DNA of 64,000 nt from Xanthobacteraceae bacterium. GTDB lineage: Bacteria > Pseudomonadota > Alphaproteobacteria > Rhizobiales > Xanthobacteraceae. The stretch is taken from assembly GCA_049286035.1 (NCBI GenBank), contig JBAQBC010000118.1:5028-69027 (forward strand), given 5' to 3'. Shown here one piece after another: positions 19,434-27,074 of this stretch. The translations under genes were made by a program, and so were the position numbers. Under the pieces are notes generated by a model, which saw only the letters and a program-made list of their open reading frames with translations, was not told the origin of the DNA and made no database searches. Every line of letters starts with the position of its first letter. Within the stretch, counting starts at the first letter, position 1.

Positions 19434-20417
19434 TTATTCAAACAGCTCTTCAGCTCGGCCGGACAGCGGCAGCGGAACCGAGATGCCGAGCGCCTTGGCG
19501 GTCTTTAAGTTGATGTAAAGCTCAATTTTAGTCGCCTGCTGCACCGGTAGATCAGCAGGCTTGTCGCCCTTCAGAATCCGACCTGTATAGATTCCAACTA
19601 GACGATGGGTTTCCGTCACGTTGGATCCGTAACTCACCAGGCCTCCGGCCGCGGCGAACTCACGCCATTGATAGACCGCAGGGACCTTGTAACGCACAGC
19701 GAGGGCAGCAAGCTGTTTGCTATTGCTGGTAAAAAATGCATCTCCACCGATCACAAGCCCGCTCGCTCGCAATTCAATCACCTTCGCAAATGCTGCGTCC
19801 AATTCGCTTTCGGTACTAGCGTTAAGCACATGGAGCTCCAGCCCCAGAGTCTGAGCCGCCGAACGCACCGCACGCGATTGAGGTTCCGCGAGAATGGGAG
19901 CGGCCGGATTAACAAGCAGAGCCATCACACGTGCTGCGGGGATTAGCTCATGGAGCAATTCCAGCCGTTTTGGCGCTGCTTCTTCCGCTGCCTGGGTTAT
20001 ACCCGTGACGTTGCCGCCTGGTCGATCGAGGCTGGCGACCAGCCCAATCTGCACTGGGTCTGCAGCCGTTTCGAAAACAATCGGTACAGTCGTGGTCGCA
20101 GCCTTCGCGGCAAGCGCTGCTGGAGTACCGGATGTAGCGATGACGGCTACCTTCGTCTGAACTAGCTCACCCGCTAGTTTATGTAATTGATCATAGCGGC
20201 TCTGAGCCCACCGATATTCGATCAGTACATTCTGCTTATCGACGAAGCCAGTTTCCTTCAGCCCTTGCTGAAATGAGGTCACTCGATAGGCGTCGGATTC
20301 CGATGAACCGGGGCCAAGGAAACCGATCACCGGCATCGTTGGCTGCTGCGCGTGCAAAGCGAACGGCCCGAACGCTGCGGCGCTGGTGACAAGTGTAATG
20401 AATTCGCGTCGCCGCAT
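19434..20417 (-). CDS. orphan ABC-transporter substrate-binding protein (PF04392-like)
   Basis: 327 aa. MRRREFITLVTSAAAFGPFALHAQQ leader, then PVIGFLGPGS...LIEYRWAQSRYDQL, typical of this family (from memory). No permease or ATPase gene is adjacent. Confidence 0.75.
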   Translation of the reverse strand: MRRREFITLVTSAAAFGPFALHAQQPTMPVIGFLGPGSSESDAYRVTSFQQGLKETGFVDKQNVLIEYRWAQSRYDQLHKLAGELVQTKVAVIATSGTPAALAAKAATTTVPIVFETAADPVQIGLVASLDRPGGNVTGITQAAEEAAPKRLELLHELIPAARVMALLVNPAAPILAEPQSRAVRSAAQTLGLELHVLNASTESELDAAFAKVIELRASGLVIGGDAFFTSNSKQLAALAVRYKVPAVYQWREFAAAGGLVSYGSNVTETHRLVGIYTGRILKGDKPADLPVQQATKIELYINLKTAKALGISVPLPLSGRAEELFE

Positions 20418-20503
20418 TGCCTCTCCCAGACCAAGGACGGCACCCTAGCATATCAATCAATGGGAGCTGAGCAGGCATGGCGCCGCACCAAACTTAAGCG
20501 CTG

Positions 20504-20630
20504 GATGTCCGCTTTGGGTCATGAAGAGACATCGAAGTGCATCTGCTTAATGTCCGCATTACCTCTCAAAGCGGACATCGGCTAAGCGTATTGGGGGTCT
20601 GCGCTAAGTGCCACACGCGGACATTCCGCC
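20504..20630 (+). repeat. structured dispersed repeat, copy C (two hairpin units plus tail)
   Basis: GATGTCCGCTTTGGGTCATGAAGAGACATC ... ATGTCCGCATTACCTCTCAAAGCGGACAT ... TCTGCGCTAAGTGCCACACGCGGACAT. Confidence 0.7.
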
Positions 20631-20690
20631 GTTGTGTTCGATTCGCGGTCGTCCGGTTTCCACAGAGACTTCGGTCAACCGAGAACAAAG

Positions 20691-21452
20691 TCATAAACTG
20701 CCTGCACGAACGGGATATCGCGCGTCTTCGTCGCCCAGATGCTCGCGCAGCAAAACACCAAGCCTGCCGAGGGGCTTCCTGTCCATTATCTTGAGGGCGT
20801 GCCATAAACTGACTTGATTGGTCGTCAACACGGGTTTTCCCAGATCACGCTCCAGCTGATCGATGATGCCGAACGTACTCCAGTTACCACACGCTAGGAT
20901 AACGGCGTCGGCTCCCGGCCTGTTCACACGGCGCCCAACGTCCAAGGCGGTTTGTGGATCGAGGAGACCGATCTCGAGATTACGGACGAACCCCAGCGTC
21001 TCCTGCGCGAGGACTTTGACTCCGTTTGCTTCAATAAACGCTGCGACAGTCTGGTTGACGGGGGCGCTCCAAGGCGCGCCGAGTACGATTCGTTTGACGG
21101 AAAGCACACGCAACGCTTCAAGCAGCGCAGTTGAGGCCGTGGTAGCCGGCTTCCCGCTCGCCGCGCTTATTCGCTTAATTAGTTCCTGGTCGTATCCAGG
21201 GCCATTGCGCGACGAGGGTGCAGACGCCGGGAAAACGATCACGTCAACGTCGACATCAGCCAGCTTTTGGCTTTCGATCTCGATTTCCTGGACGATCCGC
21301 AGTGTCGACTCCGCCTCCACGTTGTTCAATCGCATTCGCGCTACGTGCAGCGTGATGTCTTCCGGCAGTACTCTGCAGAAATCCCGTTCCTGTACTGAGC
21401 TTGATGATGGAACGAGCAAACCGATCCGCCGAAAGTCCTGTCGCTGCGCCAT
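20691..21452 (-). CDS. Asp/Glu/hydantoin-racemase-superfamily enzyme (maleate isomerase / arylmalonate decarboxylase-like)
   Basis: 253 aa. RIGLLVPSSSSV N-terminus, and two active-site loops VIVFPASAPS (no Cys) and VILACGNWST (Cys). Confidence 0.7.
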   Translation of the reverse strand: MAQRQDFRRIGLLVPSSSSVQERDFCRVLPEDITLHVARMRLNNVEAESTLRIVQEIEIESQKLADVDVDVIVFPASAPSSRNGPGYDQELIKRISAASGKPATTASTALLEALRVLSVKRIVLGAPWSAPVNQTVAAFIEANGVKVLAQETLGFVRNLEIGLLDPQTALDVGRRVNRPGADAVILACGNWSTFGIIDQLERDLGKPVLTTNQVSLWHALKIMDRKPLGRLGVLLREHLGDEDARYPVRAGSL

Positions 21453-21759
21453 AGGAACCTCACTCTGGCCTTGCCCTCAAGCCGAGGTCGGCACTCTAAC
21501 ATATCGATAATGTGCAAACTGAGCCGCGTCGCGGCACCAAAAAATGCGGTCACCGATGTCAGTTACGAGTAACTTTGACCCCATGCGCGTTAGGAAGGGC
21601 GGGCGCAGTGACGAGGCGTCCACCAGTCAAGACAAATCTACTTAGTCGTGCGGCCTGGGTTAGTCGCCCACGTGGACGGTGGGCGGCAGCTTCATCGGAT
21701 CGTAGGGCAGTGGGTTCTTGGGGTTCTGCAGGTTGGGAATCATCGCAACAACTCCACGT

Positions 21760-21788
21760 GATGTCCGCTTTGCGCCTAAAAACGGACT
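21760..21788 (+). repeat. structured dispersed repeat, copy D (single hairpin unit)
   Basis: GATGTCCGCTTTGCGCCTAAAAACGGACT, located 7 nt beyond the GIY-YIG stop codon. Confidence 0.6.
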
Positions 21789-21794
21789 CTCCGG

Positions 21795-22049
21795 TCAGGT
21801 TCGAATGGCTTCACGCAGCGAGGCGCGAAAGTTTCTGTCACGCTTGATGTGCCATTCGCGACTCATGGCTTCGCTGCGGGTTTTGCAACATTCGAAATAG
21901 AGTAGAGTCCATTTCCGCCCTCGAGTCGACTTAGCGCCGAGTCCCGCATTGTGTTGCTGAAGTCGTCTCTTTAGATCAGTCGTCCAGCCGACATAGGTTC
22001 GACGATCGTTTTTGCGTCGGCTTCCCAGCACGTAAACAAAACAGAGCAT
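21795..22049 (-). CDS. minimal stand-alone GIY-YIG nuclease-domain protein (YhbQ/COG2827-like)
   Basis: ATG 22049 with an AAGGAA SD. 84 aa: MLCFVYVLGS..RTYVGWTTDLKRRLQQHN..GAKSTRGRKWTLLYFE..SEAMSREWHIKR. Confidence 0.8.
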   Translation of the reverse strand: MLCFVYVLGSRRKNDRRTYVGWTTDLKRRLQQHNAGLGAKSTRGRKWTLLYFECCKTRSEAMSREWHIKRDRNFRASLREAIRT

Positions 22050-22056
22050 TTCCTTG

Positions 22057-22449
22057 CTAAAAATCGAGTAAAAAGAATCTTCTGCTCGCGATTGGGATTG
22101 GTTGGCGAAGTGGCTCGGTCGCCAGAGTGATTTTCCGCCGGCCATTCGCGCGGGCATCAGTGAGCGACGACTGCGGCGCTTCACGCGATCGCTCGAACAG
22201 TATTGCACCAGCGTTGCCCCCCAACGAAGTCAGGTCGTCTTTCTCGCAGGTCGCCGCAATCGCCAATCCAATCGAAGCGAGGTGGGCGCGGCGGTAGCAA
22301 TACACAGCGAGCAAGGCCCTCGATGTTGGCGAGACGGTCCCAATGAGTTCGTTCAACCCATGCGCGCTGGCGCGATACATTTCGCCCAGCATTTGATCAG
22401 TGACAGGACAAGGTTCGTCCTCAAGAAGTGCGCGGTGTTCGGGCAGCAT
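22057..22449 (-). CDS. hypothetical protein (130 aa), translationally coupled to the GIY-YIG gene
   Basis: ATG 22449 has GGAGAC 8 nt upstream. The stop lies 5 nt before the GIY-YIG ATG. Codon usage looks coding-like. I recognise no domain. An upstream TTG at 22491 is possible. Confidence 0.5.
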   Translation of the reverse strand: MLPEHRALLEDEPCPVTDQMLGEMYRASAHGLNELIGTVSPTSRALLAVYCYRRAHLASIGLAIAATCEKDDLTSLGGNAGAILFERSREAPQSSLTDARANGRRKITLATEPLRQPIPIASRRFFLLDF

Positions 22450-22528
22450 TGCGAAGTCTCCGACATGGTTGTTCTCACGGTGACCATTCAATGCATCGCG
22501 TTAAGGGGGCGTTAACCCAGCGAAGTTC

Positions 22529-22629
22529 GCTTTGGGTCAAACGCGGACACGACGACGATAATGCGGCGGGATGTCCGCTTTGCCTGCAAAAGCGGACCTT
22601 GCCGGCGCTACTATCAGTACACGCCCTAG
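22529..22629 (+). repeat. structured dispersed repeat, copy E (long form, near-duplicate of copy A)
   Basis: GCTTTGGGTCAAACGCGGACACGACGACGATAATGCGGCGGGATGTCCGCTTTGCCTGCAAAAGCGGA...TACACGCCCTAG. Confidence 0.8.
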
Positions 22630-22648
22630 CGCCGCCGGCGGCACCGGC

Positions 22649-23617
22649 TTACTGCTTCTCCGCGATGCCGTTGACCAGCGGCGCCAGTCGCGCCAGGTCG
22701 CCGTCGATATAGGAATCGAAGGCGTCAAGCCCGACGATATCGGGCTTGATCCCCTGCGCCTTGATCTTCTGCTGCAATTCGCCGTCGCGGCTTGCCGCGG
22801 CGATGGCGTCGGCGAGCGTATGCAGCGCCGGCTTCGGTGTCTTGACCGGCGCCAGAATGCCGTACCAGGTCGCAAAGTGGTAATCGACGCCTTGTCCAAT
22901 CGCGGTCGGTATCTTGATCGGATCGGTCACCGGCTCGTCGGCGCCGACCGCAAGCGCGCGCAGACTGCCGTTTTGCAAGAACGACAAGACGAAGGCGAGC
23001 GGGTCGAACGAGGCCTGGATGGCGCCGCTCAACATATCCGAGATGATGTTGGAGCTCACCGTATAGGGCACGTGGACAATATTAATATTGGTTTGCGCGG
23101 CAAAGTACGCGCCGGCAAGATGGGTCGCCGTGCCGACACCAGCCGAGCCGTAGTTGAGCTGGCCCGGTTTTGCCTTGGCGAGTGCAACGAATGCGTTGAG
23201 ATCAACGACGCCCAGCGAGCTTGGAACGACGACGATCGCCGGCGCCGCGCCGATCATCGACACGCCGGCAAAATCCTTGATCGGATCGAACGCCAGATTT
23301 TTGTTGAGCAAGCCCAGGATCGAATGTCCGGAATTGCCAAATAATAGCGTATAGCCGTCCGGAGCCGCAGTCGCGACCGATTCCGCGCCGACGATGCCGC
23401 CGGCGCCCGGTCGATTCATCACCACGATTTGCTGGCCCAACAGCTTGCCGAGCTTGTCGGCATAGAGCCGGGCGAGGATGTCGATTGTGGTGCCTGGTGT
23501 CAGCGGCACCACCAGCGTGATCTGGCGTGCGGGAAATTGCTCGGCCGCTTGTCCCGGAACCGTCGAGAGCGCGAACAGCGCAGCGGCAATCAATCGGCGA
23601 AGGGTTTTCGGGATCAT
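22649..23617 (-). CDS. Bug-family (TctC-like) tripartite tricarboxylate transporter substrate-binding protein
   Basis: 322 aa. Signal peptide, then FPARQITLVVPLTPGTTIDILARL..., NYGSAGVGTATHL and KIKAQGI, all typical of Bug proteins. Confidence 0.85.
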   Translation of the reverse strand: MIPKTLRRLIAAALFALSTVPGQAAEQFPARQITLVVPLTPGTTIDILARLYADKLGKLLGQQIVVMNRPGAGGIVGAESVATAAPDGYTLLFGNSGHSILGLLNKNLAFDPIKDFAGVSMIGAAPAIVVVPSSLGVVDLNAFVALAKAKPGQLNYGSAGVGTATHLAGAYFAAQTNINIVHVPYTVSSNIISDMLSGAIQASFDPLAFVLSFLQNGSLRALAVGADEPVTDPIKIPTAIGQGVDYHFATWYGILAPVKTPKPALHTLADAIAAASRDGELQQKIKAQGIKPDIVGLDAFDSYIDGDLARLAPLVNGIAEKQ

Positions 23618-23620
23618 GCT

Positions 23621-24313
23621 CTAGACTAGCGCGACGGCGCGGATCGGCGACGCTTCCGCGTCGATCAGTTTGAGCGGTAGGCCGATCAGCGTGAATCTGT
23701 CCTTGCCGATCCGATCGAGGTTCTTCAGGTACGGCATCGTGATCACGCCATGTTCGCTTAAGGTGCGCGAATTGTGGAACACGCGGGGCGCGTTGGGCTC
23801 GTCGTTGCCGTGATAGAAATCGTAACCGACGATCACGACCCCCTTGTCGATGCACCACATCGTGGCGCCGATCGTGAGATAGGGCGAGACCTTCATCCAT
23901 TTTTCCGAGCCGCCGTCATAGTTGTTGTTGAGGTCGGTGCGAAGCATAAGGCGGTCGCCGCGCTTGACGCTGCCCGCGCGCTTTTGCAGGTCGTCTTCGG
24001 TGATCGCCTGGCTCGGTAGCTTGTCGCGCAAGTCGGCAATGACCGCATCGCCGATGAATAGATCGAGCGGCAGCTCGTGAATTTGCGTGCCGCCGCGCAC
24101 GTTGTGCTCCGGCGCATCGACATGACTGCCGGCATGCAGCCGCATATGGACGCCGCGCACGATCTGCCCGGCGCCGCCCGGCGCGTCATGCTCCTTGATC
24201 ACCTCCATCGCGAACTGCATGTCCTTCTTGAACCCGGCCGGCGTGCGCATCGCGAAGTTCTTCGGATCGAGTTCGAGGCTTATGTCGATGATCTTGAAAT
24301 CCGGCGGCAGCAT
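23621..24313 (-). CDS. cyclase-family metal hydrolase (kynurenine-formamidase-like)
   Basis: 230 aa with the HxGxHxDxPxH motif (LHAGSHVDAPEH). Its stop lies 3 nt before the Bug gene start. Confidence 0.8.
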   Translation of the reverse strand: MLPPDFKIIDISLELDPKNFAMRTPAGFKKDMQFAMEVIKEHDAPGGAGQIVRGVHMRLHAGSHVDAPEHNVRGGTQIHELPLDLFIGDAVIADLRDKLPSQAITEDDLQKRAGSVKRGDRLMLRTDLNNNYDGGSEKWMKVSPYLTIGATMWCIDKGVVIVGYDFYHGNDEPNAPRVFHNSRTLSEHGVITMPYLKNLDRIGKDRFTLIGLPLKLIDAEASPIRAVALV

Positions 24314-24447
24314 GAATCGTCCTTGGCGGCGATGATGTGAAAAATGGTGCGGCAGGCCGACCGCGCTGTTCGTTTTAGCCGAGATGCGGCGATTAGAACA
24401 AGCGACGAGGGTCGGTGCGGCGTGCCGTTTCCTACGATGGCAATCCG

Positions 24448-24732
24448 TCAGTCGAGTTGCAGCGGCGACCAGCGCACCGCGGCATGGAATAAGGCGGCGC
24501 GGACCCGGGTAACGGCATGGGACTCGCCGAACAAGCGCAGCGTTTCCTTGCTGTCGCCCTGGACAATGACGACGTTGGGTGTTTGCTCGCCAAATCTGGA
24601 TGCGACGTGGCCGCGCATTCTTTCGGCGACGTCATCGATTTCCGGATAGTCGGGCAGGCCGTCGATGCGGAGAACATGGATCACTTTGCGCGGATGATCG
24701 CGCACCGTTCCATACGTCAATTGACGTGACAT
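24448..24732 (-). CDS. hypothetical small protein (94 aa)
   Basis: Internal ATG 24732. GC3-rich, coding-like codon usage. No clear SD and no recognisable domain. Confidence 0.35.
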   Translation of the reverse strand: MSRQLTYGTVRDHPRKVIHVLRIDGLPDYPEIDDVAERMRGHVASRFGEQTPNVVIVQGDSKETLRLFGESHAVTRVRAALFHAAVRWSPLQLD

Positions 24733-24808
24733 CGTGCGACGGCGATCGACAAAAAGGCGACGCCGCCTGCTCCTGGTGCGAAGCAAGCGGCGATGCTCGT
24801 ATGAAAGA

Positions 24809-25803
24809 TTACTGGAACAACGTTGCCACGGATTTGAGCGTAATCCACACGCCCCAGGCCAGTGGAATACCGACAAAGGCCCAGAACAAAGCGGCCTTGC
24901 CGTCGAGCCCGCCCTTGCCGATACCGAATGATCCCGCGTGCACCGCGCTACCGGCACTGGCGGCCTGCAGCTTGGCGACCTCCTCCTGCTTCATGTACCA
25001 TTTCGGGTTGACCGGCCTGACCAACAAATTGCAGATCAGGCCGATGACCAGCATCCCGCATAAGATGTAGCAAGCGGCCGTGAATCGCGCCGACGAATTG
25101 GGTCCCGAACATGTCGGCGAGATAGGCCGGCACCGTGGCGAACCCGCCGCCATACGCCGACATTGTTCGCGCTCTTGAAGCTGTTCATCAGCATGTTCGC
25201 GAGTGGTGCGCCGATCATGGCGCCGCCGCCAAATCCCATGATCGCCATGCCGGTCGCCATGCCGCGCCGGTCGGGGAACCATTTCACCAGGGTCGACACC
25301 GGCGAAATGTAGCCGAGACCGAGACCGACCCCGCCGATCACGCCCGAGCCGAGCCACATCAGCCAGAGCTGATGGACGTAAATACCGATGGCTCCAAGAA
25401 GGAGCCCACCCGCCCAACAACAGGCGGCAACGACACCAGCCTTACGGGGGCCGGCGCGCTCGAGCCAGCCACCCCACATGGCCGCCGACACGCCGAGGAT
25501 CACGAAGAACAATGTGTACATCCAGCCCATGCTGGCGACTCGCCAGTCGCAGGTTGTCGTGAACAATTCCTCGACGAGCGACATGTCGGGACACGTCTTG
25601 CTCGCCGTGATGCCGAGCGCCCGCGACAGCGGCAGCCAGAACACCGAAAAGCCGTAGGCCATACCGATGCAGAGATGGATGCAGAGCGCCGCAGGCGGCA
25701 CCAGCCAGCGATTGAACCCTTTCGTGGCGATGATGCGTTCGCGATCCAGGATGCCGGGTGTCGTCACTCTGGCCGGCATGGCTTGATCAAACGTCGTCAT
25801 CAT
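24809..25803 (-). pseudogene. decayed oxalate/formate-antiporter-family (OFA) MFS transporter gene
   Basis: The N-terminal half is intact (25803 to about 25165, frame 1, TM1-6: FNRWLVPPAALCIHLCIGMAYGFSVFW...MIGAPLANMLMNSFK). The reading then jumps to frame 2 (SAYGGGFATVPAYLADMFGTQFVGAIHGRLL) and frame 3 (YILCGMLVIGLICNLLVRPVNPKWYM...). About TM7-10 are missing. Confidence 0.85.
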
Positions 25804-25860
25804 CGCGTCTCCCCTGCAATATTTTTGTGATGCGCCCAGTTTTCAAAACTGTCGGGAGCG

Positions 25861-25924
25861 ATTGATAGAATCAATCGTTTGATTTCTATCGAACGATAGA
25901 AATTTCAGATTTCGCTATAGCGAA
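25861..25924. promoter_or_regulatory. operator-like palindromes upstream of the OFA pseudogene
   Basis: GATAGAA (25864-70) and a perfect 22-bp palindrome ATTTCTATCG-AA-CGATAGAAAT (25882-25903), followed by a 14-bp palindrome TTCGCTATAGCGAA (25911-25924). Confidence 0.45.
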
Positions 25925-25993
25925 GCACTATTGAGAAGGCCTGCGCGTAACTGCTCCCAACGCTCAGTGTCGGAAAAGATGAGAAAAATTCAT

Positions 25994-26887
25994 CTAGTCG
26001 GCGAGCAAGGGCGCCACTCGTTTCGCTTCGGCGACAAGCGCTGCGATCAGCGGGGTCATCGGCTCGCGCGCCGGTACCACAAGGCCGATGGTAAAGCTCG
26101 CTTCCGGCTCGACGATCGGAATGGCGCGCAGCACGTCGGTGAGACCAAGCGTCATGGCGAGCCGCGCCGGCATCACACTCGCCCAACGTCCGGTGCGAAC
26201 GTGCGAATAGAGCACGATCATGGAGTTAGATTCCAACGACGTCTGCGCATTGCCGCCGGCCTCGCCGAGCATACGTTCGATGATCCGGCGGTTCTGCATA
26301 TCCGGCGTCAGGAGGCAAAGCGGAACCTTGGCGACTTCGGCCCAAGTCACTTTGTCGCGGTTGCCTAGCGGTGCATCGGCGGAGGTGAGCAGCCGATAAC
26401 GCTCGCGGTAGAGCGGCACCTGCGTGACGCGACCGACCGGCTCGTTGTCGAGGTAGGTGACGCCGGCATCGATCTCGAGGTTCTCCAGTAGCTGCAGGAC
26501 TTCCTCCGAGGTGCACGAGCGGACGGTGAATTTCACGTCGGGATGGCGCTCACGGTACGGCGTGGTGAGGGTTTCGATCATCGCCAGTGTGGTCGGGATG
26601 GCAGCAATTCGCAGTCGGCCGTTCAGGCCGTGCTTGAGCGCGTGCACCTCCTGTCGCATCGACCGGGCATCGCCGACGATGCGCCGCGCCCAATCCAGGA
26701 CGCGCTCGCCTTCCGGCGTAAAATCTTGAAATCGCGAACTTCGATTGACCAGAAGGACACCGAGCGTATCCTCCAGATGTTTGATGCCAGCCGACAAAGT
26801 GGGCTGCGTGACCCTGCAAGCTTCGGCGGCGCGGGCGAAATGCTTTTCGCGCGCCAAGGCAAGGAGAAATTCAAGCTTATCGATCAT
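25994..26887 (-). CDS. LysR-family transcriptional regulator, divergent from the formate dehydrogenase genes
   Basis: ATG 26887 has GGGAGG 6 nt upstream. HTH MIDKLEFLLALAREKHFARAAEACRVTQPTLSAGIKHLEDTLGVLLVNR. Confidence 0.85.
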   Translation of the reverse strand: MIDKLEFLLALAREKHFARAAEACRVTQPTLSAGIKHLEDTLGVLLVNRSSRFQDFTPEGERVLDWARRIVGDARSMRQEVHALKHGLNGRLRIAAIPTTLAMIETLTTPYRERHPDVKFTVRSCTSEEVLQLLENLEIDAGVTYLDNEPVGRVTQVPLYRERYRLLTSADAPLGNRDKVTWAEVAKVPLCLLTPDMQNRRIIERMLGEAGGNAQTSLESNSMIVLYSHVRTGRWASVMPARLAMTLGLTDVLRAIPIVEPEASFTIGLVVPAREPMTPLIAALVAEAKRVAPLLAD

Positions 26888-26993
26888 ATTCGGCCTCCCG
26901 GCCAAAGCCTCTCGCCTTGGCGAGAGCGAGAACCACGCCTTGCGAAATGCTGTCGCAACTGATGGAAAAAATCGTGCTTAGTCAATACTTTCA

Positions 26994-27010
26994 ATAGACG
27001 ATATCTATCA
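26994..27010. promoter_or_regulatory. candidate LysR box (T-N11-A type dyad) in the LysR/FDH divergent region
   Basis: ATAGA-CGATA-TCTAT dyad. GATATCTATC here resembles GATTTCTATC in the 25882 palindrome. Confidence 0.4.
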
Positions 27011-27074
27011 AGCCATATGCGATTAGGGCTTGTTTGCGCAATTCCAATCGGATTTTTGCATTTAAGAGGAAATA

